From assembly GCA_016933175.1 (NCBI GenBank), contig JAFGBK010000081.1:3640-67639 (forward strand): 64,000 bases of DNA, given 5' to 3'. Both the position numbers and the translations under genes were made by a program. The stretch is from Candidatus Krumholzibacteriota bacterium (GTDB lineage Bacteria; Krumholzibacteriota; Krumholzibacteriia; JACNKJ01). Shown here piece after piece: positions 51,194-64,000 of this stretch (its first letter is position 1; each line of letters opens with the position of its first letter). The notes beneath the pieces are model-generated. The model had not been told where the DNA came from. It searched no databases and was given only the letters and a program-made list of their open reading frames with translations.

Positions 51194-51580
51194 TCAATCC
51201 TCCAGAGCGGCCACGAGCTCGATCTCGACCCGCGCCCCCAGCGGCAGGGCAGCCACCTGCACGGTGGAACGGGCGGGGAGCGAGCCGGCGAAGACCTCGC
51301 CGTAGACCTCGTTGAACGCGGCGAAGTCGCTTAGGTCCTGCAGGAAGACCGTGGTCTTGACCACGTCCTCGAAGCCGGCTCCCGCCGCGGCCAGCACGGC
51401 CCGCAGGTTCTCCAGCACCCGCCGCGTCTGCTCGGCGATGCCGCCGGGCACCAGCTTCATGGTCGCCGGATCCAGGGGCACCTGGCCCGCCGTGTAGAGC
51501 AGGCCGCCGATCCTGACCGCCTGGCTGTAGGGCCCGATGGCTTCCGGCGCCGCCGGGCTCTCGATGATCTCGTGCTTCAT
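51194..51580 (-). CDS. ridA: RidA family enamine/imine deaminase
   Basis: AIGPYSQAV, AGQVPLDP, VKTTVFL, PARSTVQVAALP, VEIE. Confidence 0.95.
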   Translation of the reverse strand: MKHEIIESPAAPEAIGPYSQAVRIGGLLYTAGQVPLDPATMKLVPGGIAEQTRRVLENLRAVLAAAGAGFEDVVKTTVFLQDLSDFAAFNEVYGEVFAGSLPARSTVQVAALPLGARVEIELVAALED

Positions 51581-51616
51581 CCTCGTCTCGCTCTTCCGTT
51601 TGGCTGGGCCGCGGTC

Positions 51617-53443
51617 CTATTCCACCGTGACGCTCTTGGCGAGGTTACGCGGCTGGTCCACGTTGCAGCCGCGGATGATGGCGATGTGGTAGGCCAGGAG
51701 CTGCAGGGGGATCACGGTCAGCAGAGGCGACAGGTACTCCACCGTCTCGGGGATGGGAATGACGTGGTCCGCGAGATCCGTGGCGGCCTTGTCGCCCTCG
51801 TTGACCACGGCGATGATGCGGCCGCCGCGCGCCTTGACCTCTTCCATGTTGCCCAGGATCTTCTGGTTGCTGCCGCCCCGCGGACTGACGAAGACCACGG
51901 GCATCTTCTCGTCGATGAGGGCGATGGGGCCGTGTTTCATCTCGGCGGCCGGGTAGCCCTCGGCGTGCACGTAGCTGATCTCCTTCAGCTTCAAGGCCCC
52001 TTCCAGGGCCACCGGGTAGTTGATGCCTCGGCCCAGGTAGAGGAAGTTGTTCGATTCCGCGTAGAAGGCGGCGATCTTCCGGATGCACTCGTCCATGGCG
52101 AGGATGCGCTCCACCTTCTCGGGAATCGCCTGCAGCTCGTTCACCAGCTCCTGCCCCTGGTCCTTGGACATGTTGCGCATGCGTCCCAGCAGCAGCGTGA
52201 TGATGGCCAGGACGGTCACCTGGCTCGTGAAGGCCTTGGTGCTGGCGACGCCGATCTCCGGCCCGGCGTGGATGTAGACGCCGCCGTCGCTCTCGCGCGC
52301 GATGGTGCTGCCCACCACGTTGCAGATGCCCAGGGCCAGGGCGCCCTTGGTCTTCGCCTCGCGCAGCGCGGCCAGCGTGTCCAGGGTCTCCCCCGACTGG
52401 CTGATGGCCCAGGCGATGGTCTCGTCGGAGATGATGGGGTTCCGGTAGCGGAACTCGGAGGCGTACTCCACCTCCACGGGGATGCGGGCCAGCCGCTCGA
52501 TCATGTACTCGCCGATCATGGCGGCGTGCCAGCTCGTGCCGCAGGCCAGGAAGATGATGCGGTCCAGATGGCGCAGCTCCTCCATGTTGTGGATGAGGCC
52601 GCCCAGCTTGGCCTTGCCCTCGTCGGGCAGGAGCCGGCCGCGGAAGGAGTCGCGGATGGTGGCCGGCTGCTCGAAGATCTCCTTGAGCATGAAGTGCGAG
52701 AAGCCGCCCTTCTCGATGCTTTCCAGGTCCCAGGTCACCTCGTGGACGCTCTTGGTCACCTTCTCGTCGGTCACCGTCTTGGTGTGCATGGTGCCGTCCT
52801 TGAGGTGGACCATCTCGTGGTCGTCCAGATAGATGACCTGGCGCGTGTGGGCCAGTACGGCGGCCACGTCGCTGGCCAGGAAGTACTCGTCCTCGCCGAT
52901 GCCCACCAGCATCGGGCTGCCGTTGCGGGCGCCGACGATCTCGCGCGGGTGCTTCCGGTGGACGACGGCGATGCCGTAGGTCCCCTCGACGATGGACAGG
53001 GCCCGGCGCACGGCCAGCTCGAGATCGCCATCGTAGTAGTGCGAGATGAGCATGGCCAGGACCTCGGTGTCCGTGTCCGTGCGGAAGGCGACACCCTGCT
53101 CGCTGAGGTAGCGCCGGAGGAACTGGTAGTTCTCGATGATGCCGTTGTGGACGACGGCCAGGTCCCCGGTGGTGTCCAGGTGGGGATGGGCGTTGACCTG
53201 GGTGGGCGCGCCGTGGGTGGCCCAGCGCGTGTGGGCGACGCCCGCGGTCGCCGAGAAGCTCCTCCCGTTGAGGATGCGCTCGAGGACGAAGATCTTGCCC
53301 TTCTCCTTGATCACCTCGAGGCCGCTCGGCTCCAGCAGGGCCACGCCGGCTGAGTCGTAACCACGGTACTCCAGGCGCTTGAGGCCCTCGATGAGGATGG
53401 GCAAGGCCGGGCGTTGGCCCAGGTAGCCGATGATTCCACACAT
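51617..53443 (-). CDS. glmS: Glutamine--fructose-6-phosphate aminotransferase
   Basis: MCGII, LEYRGYDSAG, HTRWATHG, PRNLAKSVTVE. Confidence 0.98.
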   Translation of the reverse strand: MCGIIGYLGQRPALPILIEGLKRLEYRGYDSAGVALLEPSGLEVIKEKGKIFVLERILNGRSFSATAGVAHTRWATHGAPTQVNAHPHLDTTGDLAVVHNGIIENYQFLRRYLSEQGVAFRTDTDTEVLAMLISHYYDGDLELAVRRALSIVEGTYGIAVVHRKHPREIVGARNGSPMLVGIGEDEYFLASDVAAVLAHTRQVIYLDDHEMVHLKDGTMHTKTVTDEKVTKSVHEVTWDLESIEKGGFSHFMLKEIFEQPATIRDSFRGRLLPDEGKAKLGGLIHNMEELRHLDRIIFLACGTSWHAAMIGEYMIERLARIPVEVEYASEFRYRNPIISDETIAWAISQSGETLDTLAALREAKTKGALALGICNVVGSTIARESDGGVYIHAGPEIGVASTKAFTSQVTVLAIITLLLGRMRNMSKDQGQELVNELQAIPEKVERILAMDECIRKIAAFYAESNNFLYLGRGINYPVALEGALKLKEISYVHAEGYPAAEMKHGPIALIDEKMPVVFVSPRGGSNQKILGNMEEVKARGGRIIAVVNEGDKAATDLADHVIPIPETVEYLSPLLTVIPLQLLAYHIAIIRGCNVDQPRNLAKSVTVE

Positions 53444-53507
53444 GTTGATCCCCTTGGCTGGAACGCAGGACGCCGGCACACGATTATCGGCCCCCGCCGG
53501 GAGCCCA

Positions 53508-54878
53508 TCAACCCAAATGTGCCGCGAAGAACCGCTCGGCCTCGTCGAGGACGCGGGCAAGCCAGGCCGCGTCCGCCGACTCGCCGATGATACGCACGAT
53601 GGCCTCGGTGTTGGAAGGCCGCACGTGGATCCAACCCTCGGGCAGAACGGCCTTGACGCCATCTCGCTCGTCCAGGTCGCCGGTGAAGTACTCGCGGGCC
53701 AGGACCCGCAGGCGTTCGGGATCGGCGCGCCCGGCCAGATCCAGGCGGCGCTTCTCCATGACGTAGGAGGGCAGGGCGGCCGCCAGCTCCGAGAGCCGCG
53801 CGTCCCGCTCGGCCATGGCGGTGAGGATCAGGGCGATGCCCACCAGCCCGTCGCGCCCCGCGTGCAGGGCGGGCAGGATGACGCCGCCGTTGCCCTCGCC
53901 GCCGACGACAGCGCCGTGCTCGCGCATGGCCGCCACCACATGGGCCTCGCCCACGGGCGATCGATAGCAGGGCTGCCCGTGGCGCGCGGCCACGTCCTCG
54001 GCGAGGCGGCTGGTGCTCAGGTTGACGGCCACGGGCCCCGGCGTGCGCGCCAGGACGTGGTCGGCGGCCAGAGCCACCGTGTACTCCTCCGACAGGACCG
54101 TCCCCGTCTCGTCCACGAGCACGAGGCGGTCGGCGTCGGGGTCCAGGGCCACGCCCAGGTCCGCTCCCTTGGCCCGCACGGCGTCGGCCAGGCCGCGCAG
54201 GTTCTCGGGCCGTGGCTCGGGGGCGTGGGGGAAGCGGCCGTCGCCGTCGCAGTGGAGGGCCAGCGGCCGCGCGCCGAGGCGCTCGAGCAGGAGGGGCGCG
54301 ACGCGGCTGCCGGCGGCGTTGACCGCGTCCACCACCACGCTCGGCGCCCGCGCGGCGATGGCCGCGGCGTCCACCCAGGGCAGGGCGAGGATGGCGGCCA
54401 CGTGGTGCTCGTCGGCGCCGTCCCAGGTCCGGGCGGCGCCCAGGCTCTCGTGGCCCTCCCAGACGAAGGCTCCGCGGCGCTCGATGGCGAGGACCTCCTC
54501 GCCCAGCTCCTTGGTCAGGAAGTTCCCCTCGCCGTCGAGGAACTTGAGGGCGTTCCAGGGCGCGGGATTGTGGCTGGCCGTGATCACCACGCCGCCGACG
54601 GCCCCCTGGGCGGCCACCGCCATGGCCGTGCCCGGCGTGCTGCACAGGCCCAGATCCACGACGGCGAGGCCCGCGGCCCGCAGCGTCCCCGCCACCAGAT
54701 CGCGGACCATGGTCCCGCTGGGGCGCCCGTCCCGGCCCAGGACCACGGCGTCCCCGGCGCCGGCGCCCCGCGCGCGGCACCAGGCCGCGTAGGCGGCGCT
54801 GAAGCGCAGGATCACCTCCGGCGTCAGGGACTCTCCCACGACACCCCGGATCCCGGACACACTGACCATGAGCGGCAC
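53508..54878 (-). CDS. glmM: Phosphoglucosamine mutase / phosphohexomutase
   Basis: SGIRG, TASHNP, DPDADR, GGEGNGG, RPSNTE; adjacent to glmS. Confidence 0.88.
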   Translation of the reverse strand: MPLMVSVSGIRGVVGESLTPEVILRFSAAYAAWCRARGAGAGDAVVLGRDGRPSGTMVRDLVAGTLRAAGLAVVDLGLCSTPGTAMAVAAQGAVGGVVITASHNPAPWNALKFLDGEGNFLTKELGEEVLAIERRGAFVWEGHESLGAARTWDGADEHHVAAILALPWVDAAAIAARAPSVVVDAVNAAGSRVAPLLLERLGARPLALHCDGDGRFPHAPEPRPENLRGLADAVRAKGADLGVALDPDADRLVLVDETGTVLSEEYTVALAADHVLARTPGPVAVNLSTSRLAEDVAARHGQPCYRSPVGEAHVVAAMREHGAVVGGEGNGGVILPALHAGRDGLVGIALILTAMAERDARLSELAAALPSYVMEKRRLDLAGRADPERLRVLAREYFTGDLDERDGVKAVLPEGWIHVRPSNTEAIVRIIGESADAAWLARVLDEAERFFAAHLG

Positions 54879-54965
54879 GGCGGCCTCCTCGTCGCGACGG
54901 GCCCAAACGAACGGCCGTCCCTCGCGGGACGGCCGCCGGAGCAATTCCCCCACCGGGAGGTTCTG

Positions 54966-55040
54966 GGAGCTGGTGCACGGATTTGAACCGTGGACCTACG
55001 CATTACGAGTGCGTTGCTCTACCAGCTGAGCTACACCAGC
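54966..55040 (-). tRNA. tRNA-Thr (CGT)
   Basis: GCTGGTGTAGCTCAG...CTCGTAA...GGTTCAAATCC...CACCAGCT. Confidence 0.95.
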
Positions 55041-55203
55041 TTCCGCGGGCCAGTGCCCGGGCGGCCATAGTGTGTGCATCGGGCCGGGTCGCGTCAAGGG
55101 CAAGAAACCCGCCGCGGACAGTCAGTTATGATATCCCGTAGTGCCTCCCGCTTCCTCATCCGCGCCGCGAATCCCATCCCAGTTTTGCGACAATTGCGCC
55201 TAC

Positions 55204-55233
55204 TTGCAAGCACTTACGGCGATTTGGTATACT
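55204..55233 (+). promoter_or_regulatory. Promoter of the secreted-protein gene at 55308
   Basis: TTGCAA, 18 nt, TATACT with an extended TGn, in a locally AT-richer stretch. Confidence 0.65.
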
Positions 55234-55307
55234 CGCGCTACTCGGGCGGGGTGCTGAGCCTCGTCAGGGCCTTTACACCACGTGGTGACAACAACAGGAG
55301 AATCAGC

Positions 55308-55949
55308 ATGAAGAAGGCTATCATCCTCTTTGCCCTCGTCGCTCTGGCGGCCATGCCCGCCCTGGCTCGCGAGATGGTCAGCACCGACGCCGTCAGCGGC
55401 ACCGATCTGACCCTCGGCCGAGCCGATGTCGAGCTGATGTACGACGACGGCACCTTCGAGGGCTACGGCACCTCGCCGGACTGGACCGACATCACCCTGG
55501 GCGTCTTCGAGGCTCCCACGGGCGGTCCCTGGACCCTCACCACCGTCCGTTTCTTCATGTTCGGCATGGCCGATCATGAGGTCATGATGGACGACACGGC
55601 CGACCTGCTCACTCCGCCGGCAGCTCCCTACGGCACGGGCATCTTCTTCAATCCCGGCACCGCCGATTTCGCCTCGGCCGTCTGGGTTGACGTGGACGTG
55701 AGCAGCCTGGGCATCGTTTACAACGCGGGCGACATCATCGCCATCGGCACCGCCTTCGACGGCGCCGACGGCATCGGCCTGGACGACAGCTGCGCCATGT
55801 CCGGCACCTGCGGCGTGTACTGGGCGCAGTGGAGCGGCATGTGGGGCCTGGACAGCGACTACGGCTACAACGACGGCCTGCGCATCGTGCTGACGGGCCC
55901 GACTCCCACCGAGGAAGTCACCCTCAGCGCGGTCAAGTCGCTCTACTAG
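55308..55949 (+). CDS. Small acidic secreted protein with C-terminal TPTEEVTLSAVKSLY motif
   Basis: AGGAG RBS, signal peptide MKKAIILFALVALAAMPALA, beta-rich body starting LMYDDG. Confidence 0.85.
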   Translation: MKKAIILFALVALAAMPALAREMVSTDAVSGTDLTLGRADVELMYDDGTFEGYGTSPDWTDITLGVFEAPTGGPWTLTTVRFFMFGMADHEVMMDDTADLLTPPAAPYGTGIFFNPGTADFASAVWVDVDVSSLGIVYNAGDIIAIGTAFDGADGIGLDDSCAMSGTCGVYWAQWSGMWGLDSDYGYNDGLRIVLTGPTPTEEVTLSAVKSLY

Positions 55950-55981
55950 GCGACCGCCGCCGCCACATCGGTTCTCTTCTC

Positions 55982-56012
55982 GACGGGGGCCCTGCGGGGC
56001 CCCCGTTTCTTC
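55982..56012 (+). terminator. Intrinsic terminator
   Basis: ACGGGGGCCC/GGGCCCCCGT stem followed by TTCTTC. Confidence 0.65.
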
Positions 56013-56172
56013 GTCAGGATCCCGCCTGCGCGAGCCCCAAACTGCTTGATGAATCGCCGGCCAGCCGTCAGGATGCCCCCGTGAGCCACGCGGGCCACCG
56101 GCCCGACATCGTACCCTAGCAGGAAGGCTGCGTATGCTGGCATCAACCGACGGCGCGTGGGGCCCTCGGCCC

Positions 56173-57498
56173 ATGGCGGCGGCGCTGCTGGTCGCCTTGG
56201 CCCTCCTGGGCCTCGGCGCGGCGGCGGCCGGTGCCATCTGCCTGGACGCCCGGCGCATGGCCATGGGCGGGGCATCGCCGCCACGGCCCGACAACCTCTG
56301 CGCCGACAATCCCGCCTACACCGTGGTCCCCGACCGGGGCGGCGAGGGGGGCTGGGTGCTGCCCATCCCCCTGGGCCTCCTGGACCTGGCCGGCAACACG
56401 TCGAAGCTCGACCCCGACGACGACGACTTCGACCCCCTCTACATCGCCAACCTCCTCGCCAATCCGCCCCTCCACCTGGAGCTGAAGGATCCCGATCCCC
56501 TGGACGGAGACCTCACCCTGGACCTGGGCCAGGACCACCTGCGGCTCTACTGGGAGGACGCGGACCTGCTCATCCCCGAGGAGCCCCTTGACTTCGGCTC
56601 CCGCTGGGAGCGCCTGGGCATCAGCGTGGGCGGCCGCTTCAGAGACCGCCTCGCCTGGCGGGTGCAGGCGACGCCCTACCTGGACGGCCGCGTCGAGACC
56701 ACCTTCGACGACGCGCTCTACGGCGTCCTCGCCGAGGGGGACTCCCTCAAGCCCAACTCGCGCTACGGCCTCGACGGCGAGGGGCGCGCCGCGGTGGCCA
56801 TCTCCTGGAAGTTCCTGCTGGCCGGGCAGCTCCCCTCGGCGCGCGAGACCGAGGTCTACGTGGCCGCGGCGCCGAAGCTGCTGACGGCCTTCGGCATGGC
56901 CGACGCGCAGGTGGAACTGGTGGCCGTCACGGGCGACACCCTGTTCTCCTCCGACTCCCTGGACGTGGAGCCCGAGGTCCTGACCCGCTACACCGACGGC
57001 GTCGCCATGGGCTACGGCTTCGGCCTGGACCTCGGCGTCGCCGTCCGGCATGGGCCCTGGGACCTGGGCGTCGGCGTGCGCGACATCGGCGCCAGCATCC
57101 ATTTCTCGGAGACGAAGCTGGAGCGCCAGTACCTCGAGGAGGACGGCGACGACGGCGACATGGTCACCGAGGTCCTCGAGGAGGGCGCCGAGCACGACTA
57201 CGAGCTCGACGCCATCTGGACGCTCAACGCGGCCTACTCGTCCGAAGACTGGTTCGTGGCCGGCGACCTGCGCTTCCGCCCCTGGGGCAACGAGCTGCAC
57301 CTGGGCGGCGAGTACCGGCTGGGACCCTGGGCCCTGCGCGCCGGCACCTATCGCGACCGGCGCGACGAATGGCAGTTCAGCGGCGGCGGCGGCTACAGCT
57401 TCCGTCGCCTATCCGTGGACCTGGCCCTGGAGACGCACAAGCGTTACTTCCAGGACGAGCGCGGGCTGGCCCTGGGCCTGAGCCTGCGCCTCCGCTAG
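56173..57498 (+). CDS. Putative outer-membrane beta-barrel protein of unknown function
   Basis: Signal peptide, ARRMAMGGA N-terminal motif (as in FadL/PorV-like barrels), GYGFGLDLG, LHLGGEY, amphipathic terminal strands. Start may be 56134 or 56173. Confidence 0.7.
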   Translation: MAAALLVALALLGLGAAAAGAICLDARRMAMGGASPPRPDNLCADNPAYTVVPDRGGEGGWVLPIPLGLLDLAGNTSKLDPDDDDFDPLYIANLLANPPLHLELKDPDPLDGDLTLDLGQDHLRLYWEDADLLIPEEPLDFGSRWERLGISVGGRFRDRLAWRVQATPYLDGRVETTFDDALYGVLAEGDSLKPNSRYGLDGEGRAAVAISWKFLLAGQLPSARETEVYVAAAPKLLTAFGMADAQVELVAVTGDTLFSSDSLDVEPEVLTRYTDGVAMGYGFGLDLGVAVRHGPWDLGVGVRDIGASIHFSETKLERQYLEEDGDDGDMVTEVLEEGAEHDYELDAIWTLNAAYSSEDWFVAGDLRFRPWGNELHLGGEYRLGPWALRAGTYRDRRDEWQFSGGGGYSFRRLSVDLALETHKRYFQDERGLALGLSLRLR

Positions 57499-57509
57499 GA
57501 GGTGGAGCG

Positions 57510-58097
57510 ATGAACGCACGACGACTTCTCCGCCTCGCCATCCCGGCCGCGATCCTGCTGGCGGCCGCCTGCGGGGGCAACCGCATCATCATCAACCTGG
57601 ACATGGACAGCTTCATGCCGCTGGAGGACCGCAGCTTCGCCTACGAGCTGCCCGGCATCGCGCCCGGCGAGTTCTTCGAGGACCAGAGCCCCATCGACGC
57701 CCTCCAGACCCCCGAGGGCCTCAACGAGGCCCTGGACTTCGAGTCCATGACGGCGGCCCTCAGCCTGGCCCTGGACGACGAGACGGTCATGGGCAGCGAC
57801 GTGACCATGGACATCCGCATCCGCGTCTACCTGGCCGCGGACGACGATCCCGGCGCCTTCTGGCAGCCGGCCAACCTCCTTGTCGAGCTGGCGGGCGTGC
57901 ACACGAGCGGGACCACGTCGCTCCTCGAGGACGTCGTCGACGTGGGCGACTTCCTGGCGCTCATGCAGGACAACGAGGAGATCTTCATGGGCGTCTGGCT
58001 GCGCGTGGAGCAGCAGTCCGGCGTGGGCCTGGTCCAGGGCGACGCCGTCGTCACGCGCCTGCACCTCCACTTGGAAGCACGGGAGGACGTGTTCTAG
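57510..58097 (+). CDS. Hypothetical acidic lipoprotein
   Basis: GGAG RBS, lipobox AAAC, beta-rich body. Confidence 0.75.
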   Translation: MNARRLLRLAIPAAILLAAACGGNRIIINLDMDSFMPLEDRSFAYELPGIAPGEFFEDQSPIDALQTPEGLNEALDFESMTAALSLALDDETVMGSDVTMDIRIRVYLAADDDPGAFWQPANLLVELAGVHTSGTTSLLEDVVDVGDFLALMQDNEEIFMGVWLRVEQQSGVGLVQGDAVVTRLHLHLEAREDVF

Positions 58098-58140
58098 GCC
58101 GCGCGGCGCCGCCGGGTGTCCGGGCGCGCGGACGCGCGGG

Positions 58141-58185
58141 CCGGGAAACAGAAGCGGGCCGGCCCAGGGGCCGGCCCGCTTTTCC

Positions 58186-58187
<2 letters not shown>
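58141..58187. terminator. Hairpin between convergent units (probable bidirectional terminator)
   Basis: AAGCGGGCCGGCCC/GGGCCGGCCCGCTT stem with flanking A-rich and T-rich sides. Confidence 0.65.
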
Positions 58188-58260
<73 letters not shown>

Positions 58261-58362
58261 CCGCCGGAAACACAAGCACAGGATTCCGCCATTGTCAAGA
58301 CCGGCGCGGACCGGAGGCCTCCCGCCCCGCGGGATGGCCGCGCCGGCGGCGGGCGGCGGTCA

Positions 58363-59321
58363 TCACCCGCCATGCAGGCGCCGCGCCCACTCCCAGGCCG
58401 AGGCCACGATAGCGTCCAGGTCCGGCCGGGCCGCCCGCCAGCCCAGCACCGCCTCGGCGCGATCCACCGCCGCCACCAGCCGCGCCGGATCCCCCTCGCG
58501 CCGCGGGCCGCGCGCGACGGGCAGGGACCGCCCCGTCACACGCTCCACGGCGGCCAGCACCTCCCGCACCGAGTGCCCCCGGCCCGTGCCCAGGTTGAGC
58601 ACGCCCCCCTCGCCGCGCTCCAGGGCCGCCAGGGCGGCCAGGTGGGCCTCGGCCAGGTCGGCCACGTGGACGTAGTCTCGGATGCAGGTGCCGTCGGGCG
58701 TGTCGTAGTCCTCCCCGAAGAGGGTCAGCGTGCGCCGGCCCAGGGCCGCCTCCAGCGCCAGGGGCACCAGGTGGGTCTCGGGATCGTGCCGCTCGCCGTG
58801 GTCGGGCAGGGCGCCGGCGGCGTTGAAGTAGCGCAGGCTGAAGGCGCGCAGGCCCAGGGCGGGCGCCACGTGCGCGAGGGTCTGCTCCATGGCCAGCTTG
58901 GTGCCCCCGTAGGGATTCACGGGCCGGGTCGGATCCTCCTCGCGGAAGGGGCGGCCGCCGCCGTCCCCGTAGACCGCCGCCGAGGACGAGAACACCAGGC
59001 GCGCGGGACCGTGCTCCCGGACGCCGTCGAGCAGGACCAGGAAGCCGCCCAGGTTCTCCCGGTAGTAGGTGACGGGATCGGCGATGGAGTCGGGCACGAT
59101 GCTCAGGGCGGCGAAGTGGACGACGGCCCCGCAGCGCGCCAGCAGCGGGTCCAGGACCGCGCGCTCGCGCAGGTCGGCCCGCACCAGCTCCACGCCGGTG
59201 GGCACGGCGTCCTCATGCCCCGTGGAGAGGTTGTCCAGGACGACGGGCTCGTGGCCAGCCGCCAGGGCGGCGCGGACGAAGGCGCCGCCGATGTAGCCGG
59301 CCCCGCCGGTGACGAGGATCT

Positions 59322-59325
<4 letters not shown>
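58363..59325 (-). CDS. galE: UDP-glucose 4-epimerase
   Basis: GGAGYIG, FSSSAAVYG, YGGTK, LRYFNAAGA, TPDGTCIRDYVHV. Confidence 0.95.
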
Positions 59326-62099
<2,774 letters not shown>

Positions 62100-62130
62100 G
62101 CAGGCTTCTTTCCTTCGCGGCTGATCCGAC

Positions 62131-62202
62131 AGCATAGCGCGGGCGCGACGACGGCGTCAACGGGAGCCGCGCGTTGCCCCGGCGCGCGGCGCGTGCTACG
62201 CT
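62131..62202. promoter_or_regulatory. Back-to-back uvrA and mazG promoters
   Basis: Minus strand TTGACG-18-TATGCT (62160 to 62131); plus strand TTGCCC-17-TACGCT (62174-62202). Confidence 0.6.
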
Positions 62203-62209
62203 GCCGGCC

Positions 62210-63111
62210 ATGCCGATCTTTCCCGAAGCGGAGCTGCGGCGCCTCTGGACCACCCTCGAGACTTTGCTGGGTCCCGGGGGCTGCCCCTGGGACCGCGAGC
62301 AGCGCAGCGAGGACCTGGCCCGCCATCTGATCGAGGAGGGGCACGAGTGGCTGGCGGCCTGCCGGGCCGACGACCCGGCGGATCAGCGCGAGGAGCTAGG
62401 CGACGTCGCCTTCCTCGTCCTGTTCGGCCTGCAGCGCCTGGCCGAGGCGGGCGGCGCGCCGGGCGCGCCCCTGGCGGCCGCCGATGCCAAGCTGCGCCGC
62501 CGCCACCCCCAGGTCTTTCCCGCCGACGCCGCCGGTCCCGACGACCCGGCCGCCGCGCGGGACAGCGCGGCCCAGACACGCCTGTGGGAGGCCATCAAGC
62601 GCACGGAGCGCCTCGCGGACGGCGAGGGCGGCGGCTGGCTGGGGCGCCTGCCGGCCAGCCTGGGCGCCCTGGCCAAGAGCCACCGCTACCAGGAACGGGC
62701 CGCGGACGTGGGCTTCGACTGGCCCGACCTGGCGGGCGTGACGGCCAAGTTGCGCGAGGAGCTGGCCGAGCTGAGCCTGGAGCTGGACCGCCTGCCGAGC
62801 CGCCCCCCGCCGGCGTCCGCCACGGGCGCCGGGCCCTCGCGGCGCTACCGCGCGGCGCTGGCCGGGCGCGACCTGGCCGGCCTAGCCGACGAGCTGGGGG
62901 ACCTCTTCTTCGTCGCCGCCAATCTCTGCCGCTGGCTGGGCCTGGACGCCGAGGAGGTGGCCGAGGCCGCCAACGATAAGTTCCGGCGCCGCTTCGGCGC
63001 CATGGAGGCGGGCCTGGCGGCTGCCGGCCGCAGTCTGGAAGAGGCGGATCTGGAGGAGATGGAGGGCCACTGGCGGTCCGTCAAGCGCCGCGAGCGCGGC
63101 GGGGAGGATGC

Positions 63112-63115
<4 letters not shown>
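62210..63115 (+). CDS. mazG: Nucleoside triphosphate pyrophosphohydrolase MazG
   Basis: GCPWDREQ, EELGD, KLRRRHP, GFDW, KLREELAE, ELGDLFF, KFRRRF. Confidence 0.92.

Positions 63116-64000
<885 letters not shown>

Noticed and set aside
53444..53507. Possible glmS ribozyme upstream of glmS
   Set aside because: The spacer is only 64 nt and lacks a recognisable conserved core.

Overview
A very GC-rich, mostly minus-strand bacterial window that is largely housekeeping. Its features suggest an FCB-superphylum lineage, probably Krumholzibacteriota/Latescibacterota/Eisenbacteria-like: PorV, T9SS-type C-terminal domains and a TxSAVKSLY-type C-terminal motif. This placement is inference only. Left to right: an Omp85/TamB envelope cluster; the rplM-rpsI-rpsB-tsf-pyrH-frr-uppS-cdsA-dxr-rseP block; a TIM-barrel gene; a six-gene TonB-dependent receptor/PorV/lipoprotein/T9SS-cargo cluster; recJ-rel-dtd-maf-mtnA; RNase P RNA; RNase HI; a Zn-ribbon gene; tRNA-Ile2; yqeY-cvpA-mutS2-dnaG-rpoD; hrcA-grpE-dnaJ-rsmE; lepA-lepB-hemW; tRNA-Sec; ridA; glmM-glmS; tRNA-Thr; a three-gene plus-strand envelope cassette; tRNA-Phe; uvrA-galE; mazG; and a partial TSP3-repeat protein. 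I saw no integrase, transposase or CRISPR array. The best candidates for undescribed biology are (i) the SusD-less TBDR-PorV-cargo cluster ending in a non-catalytic tandem OB-fold surface protein, (ii) two intergenic hairpins with unrelated stems but near-complementary 25-nt loops, and (iii) a short C-terminal sorting-like motif on a small secreted protein. All calls come from reading motifs by eye; no searches were run.
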